DNA of 64,000 nucleotides from an uncultured delta proteobacterium (GTDB lineage Bacteria; Desulfobacterota; Desulfuromonadia; Desulfuromonadales; DDH964): NCBI GenBank assembly GCA_963806685.1, contig CAWDZB010000022.1, positions 16,360 to 80,359 of the forward strand, read 5' to 3'. Shown piece by piece: positions 63,261 to 64,000 of this stretch (position 1 is its first letter; each line of letters starts with the position of its first letter). The notes under the pieces were generated by a model. It saw only the letters and a program-made list of their open reading frames with translations, ran no database searches and was not told where the DNA came from. The position numbers and the translations under genes were made by a program.

Positions 63261-64000
63261 ATGATGGACCAGGAATTTACCGGATTTGAGGAGCTCGATC
63301 TCGACCTTGACATCAAGTTGCTGTCGAAGGTCGTCTTCGCCCTCAACATCGCCCGCCACCATATTGCCACCTACCCGAGCGAACATCCGGTCATCGCCAC
63401 CTCGCTCGACAAATTTCTCTCCCAACTCTGGGAACTCCTCGAGTTTCGCGAGGAACTGACCATCGGCGTCGCCCGTGACACGCTGCTGGTCGGCACCGGC
63501 ATTCTCGAGCGCAAAAACGCCGTCTATCGGGATCTGGCCGAGAAGCTTTTCGCCGCCGACATCGCCGGGCTGACCTTCCACCGCGCCCTCGAGAGCAGTG
63601 AACTGCTGGTCTTTCTCTCCGCCCTGAGCAAAAAGCCGGAGGAATTGCGCGCCGCGGGGGGCATCAGCCGCCTGCTGGAGGCGGCCGGGGTCCGCCACTT
63701 GCGGGTCCGGGAGCTCGACTACTCCCCCTTCGTGGCCACCGATATCGCCGCCTTCGCCGGACCGGAGGAGGGATGCGGGGAAGAACCGGCCAACCTGATC
63801 TGGGTCTCATTCATCGACGGCCTGGTGGCCAATCGCTTCGACGGCGAGGGAAATGCCCCGGCGGGTGAGCTGCAGCTCGAACCCGAGCATCTAGCCCGGC
63901 TCCTCAACCTGCGCGAAAAGCGGGGAGGCGGCCAGGACCTTGTCGGCGACTACGACACCACGATCACCGAATACCTCAAACAGCTCGACCGCGAAGAGGT
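63261..64000 (+). CDS. Hypothetical, probably HEAT-repeat-type protein, partial (runs off the window)
   Basis: Open frame MMDQEF...LNIARHHIATYPSEHP...GVARDTL, no stop before 64000. Confidence 0.7.
   Translation, partial: MMDQEFTGFEELDLDLDIKLLSKVVFALNIARHHIATYPSEHPVIATSLDKFLSQLWELLEFREELTIGVARDTLLVGTGILERKNAVYRDLAEKLFAADIAGLTFHRALESSELLVFLSALSKKPEELRAAGGISRLLEAAGVRHLRVRELDYSPFVATDIAAFAGPEEGCGEEPANLIWVSFIDGLVANRFDGEGNAPAGELQLEPEHLARLLNLREKRGGGQDLVGDYDTTITEYLKQLDREE

Overview
GC-rich chromosomal segment whose gene set (sfrAB, serA-hisZ-purA, def-fmt-DUF116-htpX-rsmB-rpe, sucCD, MCP, DUF3365 heme sensor) points to a Desulfuromonas/Geobacter-like deltaproteobacterium; this assignment is inference. 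Bases 1-5851 look like the right end of an island abutting the 3' end of tRNA-Glu. It carries a three-gene exported module: a short YD-repeat/IPT protein with seven C-terminal VSVH[LI]D repeats, a Gly-rich secreted protein interrupted by one in-frame TAG, and a heavily frameshifted giant protein (beta-propeller, IPT/TIG, carboxypeptidase-regulatory-like, DUF6531/RHS start) that runs off the left edge. The rest is mostly housekeeping. Smaller oddities include a pirin relic behind a MarR gene, an output-less heme-c/HAMP/PAS sensor, drifting heptamer repeat arrays, a lipoprotein multicopper oxidase behind a sigma54-type promoter, a probable CTG start, an orphan Zn-hydrolase-like gene, an MBL plus TIGR04442-like pair and a divergent stand-alone EF-G. 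Several isolated frameshifts in ordinary genes suggest the assembly has indel errors. All family names come from motif recognition, not from searches. No CRISPR array, rRNA, integrase or transposase was seen.
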